Shown piece after piece: positions 46,325 to 53,433 of a stretch of 62,980 nt of DNA (position 1 is its first letter; each line of letters begins with the position of its first letter). The notes beneath the pieces were generated by a model, which had not been told where the DNA came from, searched no databases, and saw only the letters and a list, made by a program, of their open reading frames with translations. This DNA comes from an uncultured bacterium. GTDB taxonomy: Bacteria; Patescibacteriota; Minisyncoccia; Phycocordibacterales; UBA9973. The stretch covers positions 1 to 62,980 of the forward strand of contig CAIMAO010000014.1 in the NCBI GenBank assembly GCA_903838985.1. The letters are read 5' to 3'. Both the position numbers and the translations under genes were made by a program.

Positions 46325-47242
46325 ATGTTAGGGGAAAATAAAAACATAAAAGACACCCCACAAAGCTCTCAAAAAGACACTTCTGCCATGTCTGCAAATC
46401 TTAGTAATGGCAGCCCAAGTGTTTCTCTCTCCACTATCTCACATTGGCATAATTTCTCTGGTTCTTATAAAAAGACAGACAAGCTCGTCACTGCACTTTA
46501 CATGGTCACAGACACTATGGAAAAAGAAGAACCAATGCGCCTAAAGTTAAGGACATTAGGAACAGAAATTCTATCGGACATACACAATATATCAAAGACT
46601 ATCCCTGATCTAGGAAGGATAGAACAAGTGTTGTCCTTTTTAAATATTGCTTACGATCTACATATGATTTCTGAAATGAACCACAGTATTTTAAAGAAAG
46701 AGTTTTTAGAGTTAAGAAAATCTATTAATGAATTTAAAGCACATAAAAACAATTGGCTTCCAGATTTTATGCTGGAGCCTGCAGAAAATTTTGAGCAAGA
46801 AGAATCTTCTATTTCTTACGAAAATGAATTAAATTCTTCTAACGGACATAAACAATTTAAGACCTTGTCCTTTATAAAAGGACATAGTGTTTCTCCTATA
46901 AAATCTGGCACAAGAATAGGTGTCCAAAAGGGAAGTACTTTGCTCACAGCTTTGAATAAAGTTGCTACATCAAAAGTTTCAAATGGGAGTGAAGGAAAAG
47001 AAGCTTTTGAGAACCTAAAAAATAAAAGACGTGAAGAGGTAATAGCTATCATAAAAGAGAAGAAAAATACTACAGGGATAGACGGAGCTACTATAACGGA
47101 CATCAGAAATATGGCTAAAGGAGCTCTTGTTTCTTGTGGAGAAAAAACATTACAAAGGGAACTTGTTTCTATGGTGTCCGATAGAATTTTATATCGGACA
47201 GGCTCTAAACGTTGGAGTAATTATTTTATAGTTGCTAAATAA
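46325..47242 (+). CDS. Hypothetical protein with helical N-domain and C-terminal winged-helix-like region
   Basis: ORF open from 46262. Start preferred at MLGENKNIKD because of the promoter spacing. The C-terminus ITDIRNMAKGALVSCGEKTLQRELVSMVSDRILYRTGSKRWSNY looks wHTH-like. Confidence 0.4.
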   Translation: MLGENKNIKDTPQSSQKDTSAMSANLSNGSPSVSLSTISHWHNFSGSYKKTDKLVTALYMVTDTMEKEEPMRLKLRTLGTEILSDIHNISKTIPDLGRIEQVLSFLNIAYDLHMISEMNHSILKKEFLELRKSINEFKAHKNNWLPDFMLEPAENFEQEESSISYENELNSSNGHKQFKTLSFIKGHSVSPIKSGTRIGVQKGSTLLTALNKVATSKVSNGSEGKEAFENLKNKRREEVIAIIKEKKNTTGIDGATITDIRNMAKGALVSCGEKTLQRELVSMVSDRILYRTGSKRWSNYFIVAK

Positions 47243-47305
47243 AACACCAGTCGCCAGATTGTTTATTTTAAAAGCTACTGACCCTTTTGTTTTTAAAAGC
47301 ATATC

Positions 47306-47409
47306 AGCACCAAATTACTAATTTAAAAACACGCATATTTGCTTGCTAGCAAATTGCTATGCTCGGCTCGTCAGCCTGCGCAATGTTTTAAAATCAGTAA
47401 TTTGGTGCT
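47306..47409 (+). repeat. Family-B nested-hairpin element, copy B2
   Basis: 19-bp outer stem agcaccaaattactaattt / aaatcagtaatttggtgct (1 mismatch). Core blocks 47329-47337 and 47355-47384 are shared with B1. The inner hairpin differs but is still paired. Confidence 0.85.
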
Positions 47410-47499
47410 TTTAGGGGAGGTAGTTAGGATATCTATTTTGCACCTAAAAACCCTTAAATCTCGTATATATTTATAAGGTAATTATTGTCCATTTTTTAG

Positions 47500-47528
47500 T
47501 TGCTTTTTGGCATGAAATATGCGATAAT
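47500..47528 (+). promoter_or_regulatory. Promoter TTGCTT-17 nt-GATAAT ~620 nt upstream of the S-layer-like gene
   Basis: Spacing counted directly from the sequence. The predicted start (~47535) abuts the first stem of the structured element. Confidence 0.45.
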
Positions 47529-47535
47529 TATCCCC

Positions 47536-47614
47536 GTGGAATAACTCATTTCATTTCGATGAAATTCTCAAATTTTGTTATAGCTTAAAGGCTAAAAATT
47601 TGCGAGTTATCCAC
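47536..47614 (+). ncRNA. Candidate structured RNA (three-way junction) at the 5' end of a long untranslated leader
   Basis: P1 gtggaataactc/gagttatccac (11 bp, one bulge). P2 atttcat-ttcg-atgaaat. P3 caaatttt...aaaatttg with an apical tagc/gcta pairing. Confidence 0.35.
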
Positions 47615-47710
47615 ATAATATATTGCTCTATCTTTGAGCTATATATTATAATGTTTATGTGAATGCAAATCGCACATTATTGAATGTGTTTTGCATAAGT
47701 AAATGCATTT

Positions 47711-47785
47711 GTTTTCGTTCACGATTACATCGAAATAATCGTGAACGAAAACAACCAATCAAAGGTCGCAAATTTTTGATTGGTT
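47711..47785 (+). promoter_or_regulatory. Two adjacent perfect hairpins (17 bp and 11 bp) in the untranslated region
   Basis: gttttcgttcacgatta-catcgaaa-taatcgtgaacgaaaac is followed directly by aaccaatcaaa-ggtcgcaaatt-tttgattggtt. No T-run follows. Confidence 0.6.
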
Positions 47786-47937
47786 TAATCCATTTAAGCT
47801 TTTCACAGAGCTTTGATGGATCAAGGTTAGGTCATTGAAAACAGTTGTGTTTAAGATGTTAAAATCTTTTTCACAATAATAACCCCGTTAAAAATTTTGT
47901 AAAAAGAATTTTGATTCGGGATGTTTTCATTCTCAAT

Positions 47938-47989
47938 TTGAAGTCAAAAAAATTAAAACTTTTTTGTTTCAGATTGAAGTCAAAAAAAT
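47938..47989 (+). repeat. Direct repeat of a 16-mer ttgaagtcaaaaaaat (two copies, 36 nt apart)
   Basis: Exact copies at 47938-47953 and 47974-47989, ~160-200 nt upstream of the S-layer-like gene. Confidence 0.8.
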
Positions 47990-48144
47990 CTGTTCATTAT
48001 TAAATTGTTCACCGCATTATTATTTGTTTTAAATTATAAATTATAGGTGATCAAAAATAATGATAGACAAATACGCTTTTAGTTTTGTTCATTCATTAAA
48101 AGGTTTGAACAAGTCGAAACTAATTAATGGCGTAGAAAAAAATT

Positions 48145-51100
48145 ATGAGTAAATTATTAAAATCAAAATTTCTTCTTGGTTTAATGATGGTTTTAGCTTT
48201 TGCTGTTCTTGCAAGTTCAGCTGATGCAGCTATCACAAAGACCTTGAAGTATGGTTCAAAGAACGCACAAGTAAAAGAACTTCAACAGAAGCTTGGCGTT
48301 TCTGCAACAGGTTACTTTGGTACTCTTACCAAGGCAGCAGTTGTAAAATACCAAAAGGCAAATAATCTTAAAGCCGACGGAGTAGTTGGTCCAAAGACTT
48401 ACGTATTAGTAAATGCAATAGCTGACGGTACAGTTCCTCCAGTAGATGGTGGTACAGTTCCTCCAGTAACAACTGGTCCTGTATCAGTATCTCTTGCAAC
48501 TGACAATCCAGCTGCAGGAACAGTACTTTCCGGACAAGCAGGAGCAGATCTTGCACACTTCACATTCACAGGAACAGGAGTAGTTAGCTCTGTAACTTTG
48601 ACTCGTGGTGGTGTTTCAAATCAAAGTACTCTTTCAAATGTTTATCTATATGACGGTGCAACTCGCTTAACAGATGGATACACATTTAACAATACAAGTA
48701 CTCTTACAATAAATAATCTTAACCTTGTAGTTAGTGGAACAAAAACAATAGCTGTTAAAGCTGATGTTGCTGTTGCTGATTACAGTGTTTCAGTTATCCT
48801 TTCATCATATACAGTTGGTTCAACAGTAACTGCTGCTTCTGTAAAAGGTAATGAAATGTTTATTGCTAGTGGTTCAGGCCTTCTAGGTACAGCTGCTCTT
48901 ACAGTAGCCTCACCTTCTCCTGCTGCTGCAACAATAAACGCTGGTTCAATGAATCAAAGTTTGTGGACAAATACATTGAGTATTGGTTTACATACTTCAA
49001 ATCTTTACGGAATGACTGTTAAGATGATTGGTTCAGCTCCTTCAAATACTCTTGCTAATGTTGGCTTGTATCTTGATGGTGTTAAAGTTTCAAGTGCTTC
49101 AGTAAATTCAAATAGTCAATACGTATTTGATTTGTCAGGAGCTCCAGTTTCATTGACAACTGGTTCACATCAACTCGAAGTTCGTGGGGATGTTGTTGCA
49201 GGTGCATACAGAAACTTCTATCTATCTCTTGAAAAATCTTCTGATCTTATGATTAAAGATGGTCAAGTACAAGGTGGTATGATTGCTTTGACTCCAACAT
49301 ACAGTGGAGTAGCAGTAAGTAATATGCTTGGTGGTTTGGTTACTATCAACAATGGTACTCTTACTATCAATCAAGACCCTTCATTTAGCAGTACTACTAC
49401 ATTAGTTGGTGGTGCTACTGGTGTTAAGATGGCAGCATATAAATTTACAGCTTACGGTGAAGATGTAAAGGTTAATAGTCTTTCATTTACTCCTTCAATA
49501 AATCTTACCGCACCAGCTACTCCAGATTCTCTTATTAATGTAGGTTTGTATGTAAACGGTGGTCAAGTTGGTTCAAACCAAACAGCAGTTGATGGAACAG
49601 CATTAAACTTTAGTAGTTTAGGCTCTAACTTGATTGTTTCAGCAGGAAGTTCTGTTATTGTAGAAATAAAAGGTGACGTTATAAATGGAAGTAGTATTAC
49701 CGCAACAGCAGGTACAGTCAAATTTGACTTAGCTTCTGGTTCAAGTAATGCTCAAGGTGTAACTTCAGGTCAATTGACTTCAACAGCTTCAGCCGGTGGT
49801 CAATCACTAACAGTTTCATCAACAAACGTTACTTTTGCTCAAACATCAGGATGGGCAGCTTCTTCAATTGCTCCTAATAAATCAGGTGTAAAAGTTGGTA
49901 CATTTACAGTATCAACTGGATCAGCTGAAGGTATCACATTGAATAATATTCTTGTAGGTATCACAGGAACAATGATTGATCATAATCAAATTACAAACAT
50001 CACTCTTAAAGATGGAAATACTGTATTAGGTACTCCTATTGGAAATCCAACAGCATCAAATAACTTCTCAGTTACTTTGCCTGTTGCAATTTCTTCTTCA
50101 AAGACAATTGATGTTTATGCTGATATAGGATCAAGTGCTGCTACTTACACAGTTATTCCAGCAATGACAGTAACATACCGTGGTGCTACTTCAAATGTAA
50201 CAACTACATCAAGTCCAGTAACTGGTTCTACAATCACAGCTAACGTTGCAAGTATCGTTGCTGGTGGGGTAACATTCGTTCCTTCATCATCAATGGTTGC
50301 TCAATTCTTGGTTGGTGGTCAGTCATCAGTATCAATTGGTACATTTAACGTTAAAGCAAATACATTAGTTGGTGGTGCTGTAATCAAAGACGTAACAGTC
50401 ACTGTTCCAGCTAATACTATTGGTTCTGTAACATTAAATGGTGTAACAGGACAAGTAAATGGTACAACAGCTACACTTTACAACGTAGGTCTTACAGTAC
50501 CAGCAGATGCTTCTGGAATTAACGTTCCTATGACAGTATCACTAGTATGTGTAAGTGCTGCAGGAGGTGGATGTGCAGGAGTTTCTTATTCAGATCTTAC
50601 TGCTCAAATCACAACCTTAACTTACTTTGATGGTTCAGTTACACAATCAATCTCACCTACAGCAATCACTGCTACTCATAAATTAGTTGCTTCAAAACCA
50701 ACAATCAGTATGAGTACATCAAGTGGTTCAGGATTTGTGACTGGAAATCAACAAATTGGTACATTCACAGTAGCAGCTGACGCTGCTGGTGATATTAAGG
50801 TTCAAGCTATACCAGTTGTAATTTCTATCTCAGGTGCTGCTACAATCACTGCAGGAACAGTAGAACTTCGTGATTCAACAGGTAACACAGTTCTTGTTGG
50901 AACAGGTGGTGTAAACGGTTCTGCAGGATTAGATGGTTCTGGAACATTTGCTTTCAATACTTCAGCAAGAACTATTGCAAAGGGAACTTCAGAAACATAC
51001 ACAGTCTGGGCAACATTTGCAGGTGTGACAGGTGGTTCAAACACAATGAATGAATCATTCTCACTAGGTGCTAAGGCTTCATTCCTATGGACTGATGTCA

Positions 51101-51174
51101 TCGGCGCTCATGCAAGTGCTACTGGTGCATTGTTAAATACATACCCAACATCAACTCAAACAAAGTCTAACTAG
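48145..51174 (+). CDS. Candidate S-layer/cell-wall-anchored surface protein (signal peptide, peptidoglycan-binding domain, ~900-aa Thr/Ser/Gly/Val-rich beta region)
   Basis: Signal peptide ending ASSADA. PG_binding_1-like LKYGSKNAQVKELQQKLG...DGVVGPKT. Repetitive beta-rich remainder. Visibly less AT-rich than neighbouring genes. Confidence 0.55.
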   Translation: MSKLLKSKFLLGLMMVLAFAVLASSADAAITKTLKYGSKNAQVKELQQKLGVSATGYFGTLTKAAVVKYQKANNLKADGVVGPKTYVLVNAIADGTVPPVDGGTVPPVTTGPVSVSLATDNPAAGTVLSGQAGADLAHFTFTGTGVVSSVTLTRGGVSNQSTLSNVYLYDGATRLTDGYTFNNTSTLTINNLNLVVSGTKTIAVKADVAVADYSVSVILSSYTVGSTVTAASVKGNEMFIASGSGLLGTAALTVASPSPAAATINAGSMNQSLWTNTLSIGLHTSNLYGMTVKMIGSAPSNTLANVGLYLDGVKVSSASVNSNSQYVFDLSGAPVSLTTGSHQLEVRGDVVAGAYRNFYLSLEKSSDLMIKDGQVQGGMIALTPTYSGVAVSNMLGGLVTINNGTLTINQDPSFSSTTTLVGGATGVKMAAYKFTAYGEDVKVNSLSFTPSINLTAPATPDSLINVGLYVNGGQVGSNQTAVDGTALNFSSLGSNLIVSAGSSVIVEIKGDVINGSSITATAGTVKFDLASGSSNAQGVTSGQLTSTASAGGQSLTVSSTNVTFAQTSGWAASSIAPNKSGVKVGTFTVSTGSAEGITLNNILVGITGTMIDHNQITNITLKDGNTVLGTPIGNPTASNNFSVTLPVAISSSKTIDVYADIGSSAATYTVIPAMTVTYRGATSNVTTTSSPVTGSTITANVASIVAGGVTFVPSSSMVAQFLVGGQSSVSIGTFNVKANTLVGGAVIKDVTVTVPANTIGSVTLNGVTGQVNGTTATLYNVGLTVPADASGINVPMTVSLVCVSAAGGGCAGVSYSDLTAQITTLTYFDGSVTQSISPTAITATHKLVASKPTISMSTSSGSGFVTGNQQIGTFTVAADAAGDIKVQAIPVVISISGAATITAGTVELRDSTGNTVLVGTGGVNGSAGLDGSGTFAFNTSARTIAKGTSETYTVWATFAGVTGGSNTMNESFSLGAKASFLWTDVIGAHASATGALLNTYPTSTQTKSN

Positions 51175-51197
51175 TTTGAATTGTTAAGGATATAAGA

Positions 51198-51285
51198 GTT
51201 TCTCAAAACTTAAAATTGAAAGTCTGATTGACTAAATCAATTCCAAAAACCCCGATCGCAATTTAAAGCGACGGGGTTTTTGCGT
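51198..51285 (+). repeat. 88-nt cassette-boundary repeat, copy R1 (palindrome plus intrinsic terminator)
   Basis: gtttctcaaaacttaaaattgaaagtctgattgactaaatcaattccaaaaaccccgatcgcaatttaaagcgacggggtttttgcgt. Starts 23 nt after the surface-protein stop. Confidence 0.9.
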
Positions 51286-51320
51286 TGGTTGGTTAAAATT
51301 TTTATGTTAAAATTATAATA

Positions 51321-51927
51321 ATGAAAAATAAACGTTACGCTTTTATAGACGTTCAAAATACTGAAAGCACCACTCGTCAACTTCTTGGTTTTTTAATTGA
51401 TTGGAAAAAGCTTTTTTTATTTCTTAAAAATGAATGGAAATGTGAAAAAGTTTTTTTTCTATTCTGGAATAGATGTTGGAGATATAGAAACTGAAAAAGA
51501 ATTTGAGAATCTTTCCAATGGAGGTTGTATTGTTTGTTCTAAAATTGTTTTTTCTTATAAAAACAAAAATAAAAACATTCAAACAAAATGTCCAAGTTGT
51601 GGTAATGAATTTATTGAAGTAGTTGATATGGGATATAACAGAAAATCAAATTGTGATGTTGATTTGACTGTTGATGCGATGGAAAACGCTAGTCCAAACA
51701 CTGAGTTTTATCTTTTTTCAGGTGATGGAGATTTTGAATATTTAATAAAAAAAGTGATAGAAAAAGGTGTATTTGTTCATATAGTATCAAGTGCGAAAAA
51801 AATAAAAAATGGACCCAATTATTCAACTTCTAGATTTTCCACAAAATTACGTAAACTTACTGAAGAAAAAGGTAAGCCCGTTGATTTTCTTAATATAGAT
51901 AATTTGAAGTTTAAAATTAAAAAATAG
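51321..51927 (+). pseudogene. NYN/LabA-like domain protein with Zn-ribbon insert, interrupted by a +1 frameshift in a T8 tract
   Basis: Frame 1 (51321-51458) encodes MKNKRYAFIDVQN...CEKVFF. The track ORF continues as FYSGIDVG...CDVDLTVDA...LFSGDGDFEYL in the +1 frame. The frames join at ttttttt(t) 51451-51458. Confidence 0.6.
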
Positions 51928-51934
51928 GCAAGCA

Positions 51935-51962
51935 AAAAGGCCGCGAAGCGCGACCTTTTTTA
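51935..51962 (+). terminator. G/C-rich hairpin terminator after the NYN gene
   Basis: aaaaggccgcg-aag-cgcgacctttttt (one internal mismatch) followed by a T-run. Confidence 0.7.
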
Positions 51963-52013
51963 ATGACAATTAAAGTATAACAAAACGTATTTTCTTGTCA
52001 AGCATTTTGTAGA

Positions 52014-52101
52014 GTTTCTCAAAACTTAAAATTGAAAACCTGATTGACTCAATCAATTCCAAAAACCCCGATCGCAATTTAAAGCGACGGGGTTTTTGCA
52101 T
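52014..52101 (+). repeat. 88-nt cassette-boundary repeat, copy R2
   Basis: Near-identical to R1, R3 and R4 (a few substitutions by manual alignment). Confidence 0.9.
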
Positions 52102-52129
52102 TTTTATCTCACCCCATAATTGATAGGGC

Positions 52130-52156
52130 AGCCCCCTACACCAGGTGTAGGGGGCT
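52130..52156. repeat. REP-like palindrome P1 (agccccctacacc-a-ggtgtagggggct)
   Basis: Perfect 13-bp arms. Lies 18 nt upstream of the RayT-like ATG. Contains GTAG/CTAC. Confidence 0.9.
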
Positions 52157-52173
52157 ATGTTATAATAATAAAT

Positions 52174-52875
52174 ATGACATACAGAAAAGTTTCTTTATCG
52201 TCTGGAGAATATTTTCATATTTTTAATAGGGGGAACAGTAAACAGAAAATTTTTCTTGATGAAAAAGACAGAGAGCGTTTTGTAAAACTTTTGTATTTAT
52301 CTAACTCGAAGAAGAGCGTTAATTTCCGTGATGATATTGTAAGTCAGAAAATTGACGCTTTTGATTTTGATAGGGGAGAAACTCTTGTTTCGATTGGTGC
52401 TTGGGTCTTGATGCCAAATCATTTTCATATATATTTAACGTCCCCTACACCAGGTGTAGGGGACGAAGAGATGAAGAGAAACGAGGAAAATAAATCTAAT
52501 ATTACATTATTTGTACATAAACTTTGTATGAGTTATGTAAAATATTTTAATAAAAAATATGACAGGACTGGTGCGCTTTTTGAAGGACCTTTTAAATCTG
52601 TTCATATAGAAAATGATGGCCAAGCGAAATATCTTTTCTCGTATATACACTTAAATCCTTTGAAACTTATTGATCCAAATTGGAAAGAAAATATTAATAA
52701 AAATATTGATATCACTTTAAAATATTTAGATAATTACAATTGGAGTAGTTATAATGATTATTATGGAATTTTAAGAAAAGAAAATAAAATTTTACAACGA
52801 AAAGATTTTCCAGATTATTTTTCTGATATTAAAAGTTTTAAATCAGAAATTTTTTCTTGGTTAAAATATGAGTAG
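52174..52875 (+). CDS. IS200-like Y1 (HUH) transposase of the RayT/COG1943 type
   Basis: YFHIFNRGN, WVLMPNHFHIYL (HUH), KYFNKKYDRTGALFEGPFKS, YLFSYIHLNPLK (catalytic Tyr region), and NWSSYNDY. Start set at MTYRKVSL. Confidence 0.7.
   Translation: MTYRKVSLSSGEYFHIFNRGNSKQKIFLDEKDRERFVKLLYLSNSKKSVNFRDDIVSQKIDAFDFDRGETLVSIGAWVLMPNHFHIYLTSPTPGVGDEEMKRNEENKSNITLFVHKLCMSYVKYFNKKYDRTGALFEGPFKSVHIENDGQAKYLFSYIHLNPLKLIDPNWKENINKNIDITLKYLDNYNWSSYNDYYGILRKENKILQRKDFPDYFSDIKSFKSEIFSWLKYE
52441..52463. repeat. REP-like palindrome P2, in-frame inside the transposase gene
   Basis: tcccctacacc-a-ggtgtagggga is translated as SPTPGVG directly after the HUH motif. Confidence 0.9.
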
Positions 52876-52883
52876 TTTAATTT

Positions 52884-52908
52884 TTCCCCTACACCAGGTG
52901 TAGGGGAA
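52884..52908. repeat. REP-like palindrome P3
   Basis: ttcccctacacc-a-ggtgtaggggaa, 9 nt after the transposase stop. Confidence 0.9.
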
Positions 52909-52963
52909 AGTCGTTTTGTTTTGCAATTTGCGGTTTTTATTTTGCTTGTGGTATTATAAAAGT

Positions 52964-53224
52964 ATGAAAAAAGTTGTGAAAAAAACATCTGATAAATTTC
53001 TTACGGAAACTAAGTTTGAAAAGAGTATGCAATCTGTTGCAAAATCTTTTGCAGACCAGGCTGATGTTATGCAAATGATGCTTAAAGAAATCAAGACAAT
53101 TCATCAAGATAATAGATATTTTAAGGAAAATATTGTTAGTTTAAACAGTGATGGTTTGTCTTATGATAAGAAAATTGAAAATCTAACTATTAGAATAGAA
53201 AAACTAGAGCTTAAAGTAAGTTAG
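52964..53224 (+). CDS. Small coiled-coil protein, function unknown
   Basis: 86-aa ORF starting MKKVVKKTSDKF, 6 nt after an extended -10 (TGgTATTAT). The longer track ORF start lies in the promoter module. Confidence 0.35.
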   Translation: MKKVVKKTSDKFLTETKFEKSMQSVAKSFADQADVMQMMLKEIKTIHQDNRYFKENIVSLNSDGLSYDKKIENLTIRIEKLELKVS

Positions 53225-53233
53225 TTAACTAAA

Positions 53234-53321
53234 GTTTCTCAAAACTTAAAATTGAAAGTCTGATTGACTCAATCAATTCCAAAAACCCCGATCGCAATTT
53301 AAAGCGACGGGGTTTTTGCGT
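53234..53321 (+). repeat. 88-nt cassette-boundary repeat, copy R3
   Basis: Starts 9 nt after the preceding stop codon. Palindrome tgattga-c-tcaatca plus terminator ccccgatcgc-aatttaaa-gcgacggggttttt. Confidence 0.9.
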
Positions 53322-53351
53322 TTCCTCCCGCTCCATATCGATATTGATAGT

Positions 53352-53382
53352 GCAGCCCCCTACACCAGGTGTAGGGGGCTGC
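53352..53382. repeat. REP-like palindrome P4 (perfect 15-bp arms)
   Basis: gcagccccctacacc-a-ggtgtagggggctgc. Preceded by attgatagtg, as P1 is by attgataggg. Confidence 0.9.
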
Positions 53383-53433
53383 TTTGTCCTGAAGTTTGCA
53401 ATTTTTATTTTGCTTGTGGTATGCTTAAGGTAT

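Larger units (their letters stand above)
52130..52908 (+). mobile_element. REPtron-like unit: RayT-like Y1 transposase gene bracketed by, and containing, REP-like palindromes
   Basis: The same palindrome core cccctacaccaggtgtagggg occurs at 52130, 52441 (internal) and 52884, with a fourth copy at 53352. Confidence 0.5.

Noticed and set aside
52120-52173. N-terminal extensions containing PPTPGVGG at the starts of track ORFs 52120.. and 53344..
   Set aside because: These begin at TTG codons and are translations of the REP-like palindromes and the promoter module. ATG starts at 52174 and 53434, with -10 boxes upstream, are more plausible.
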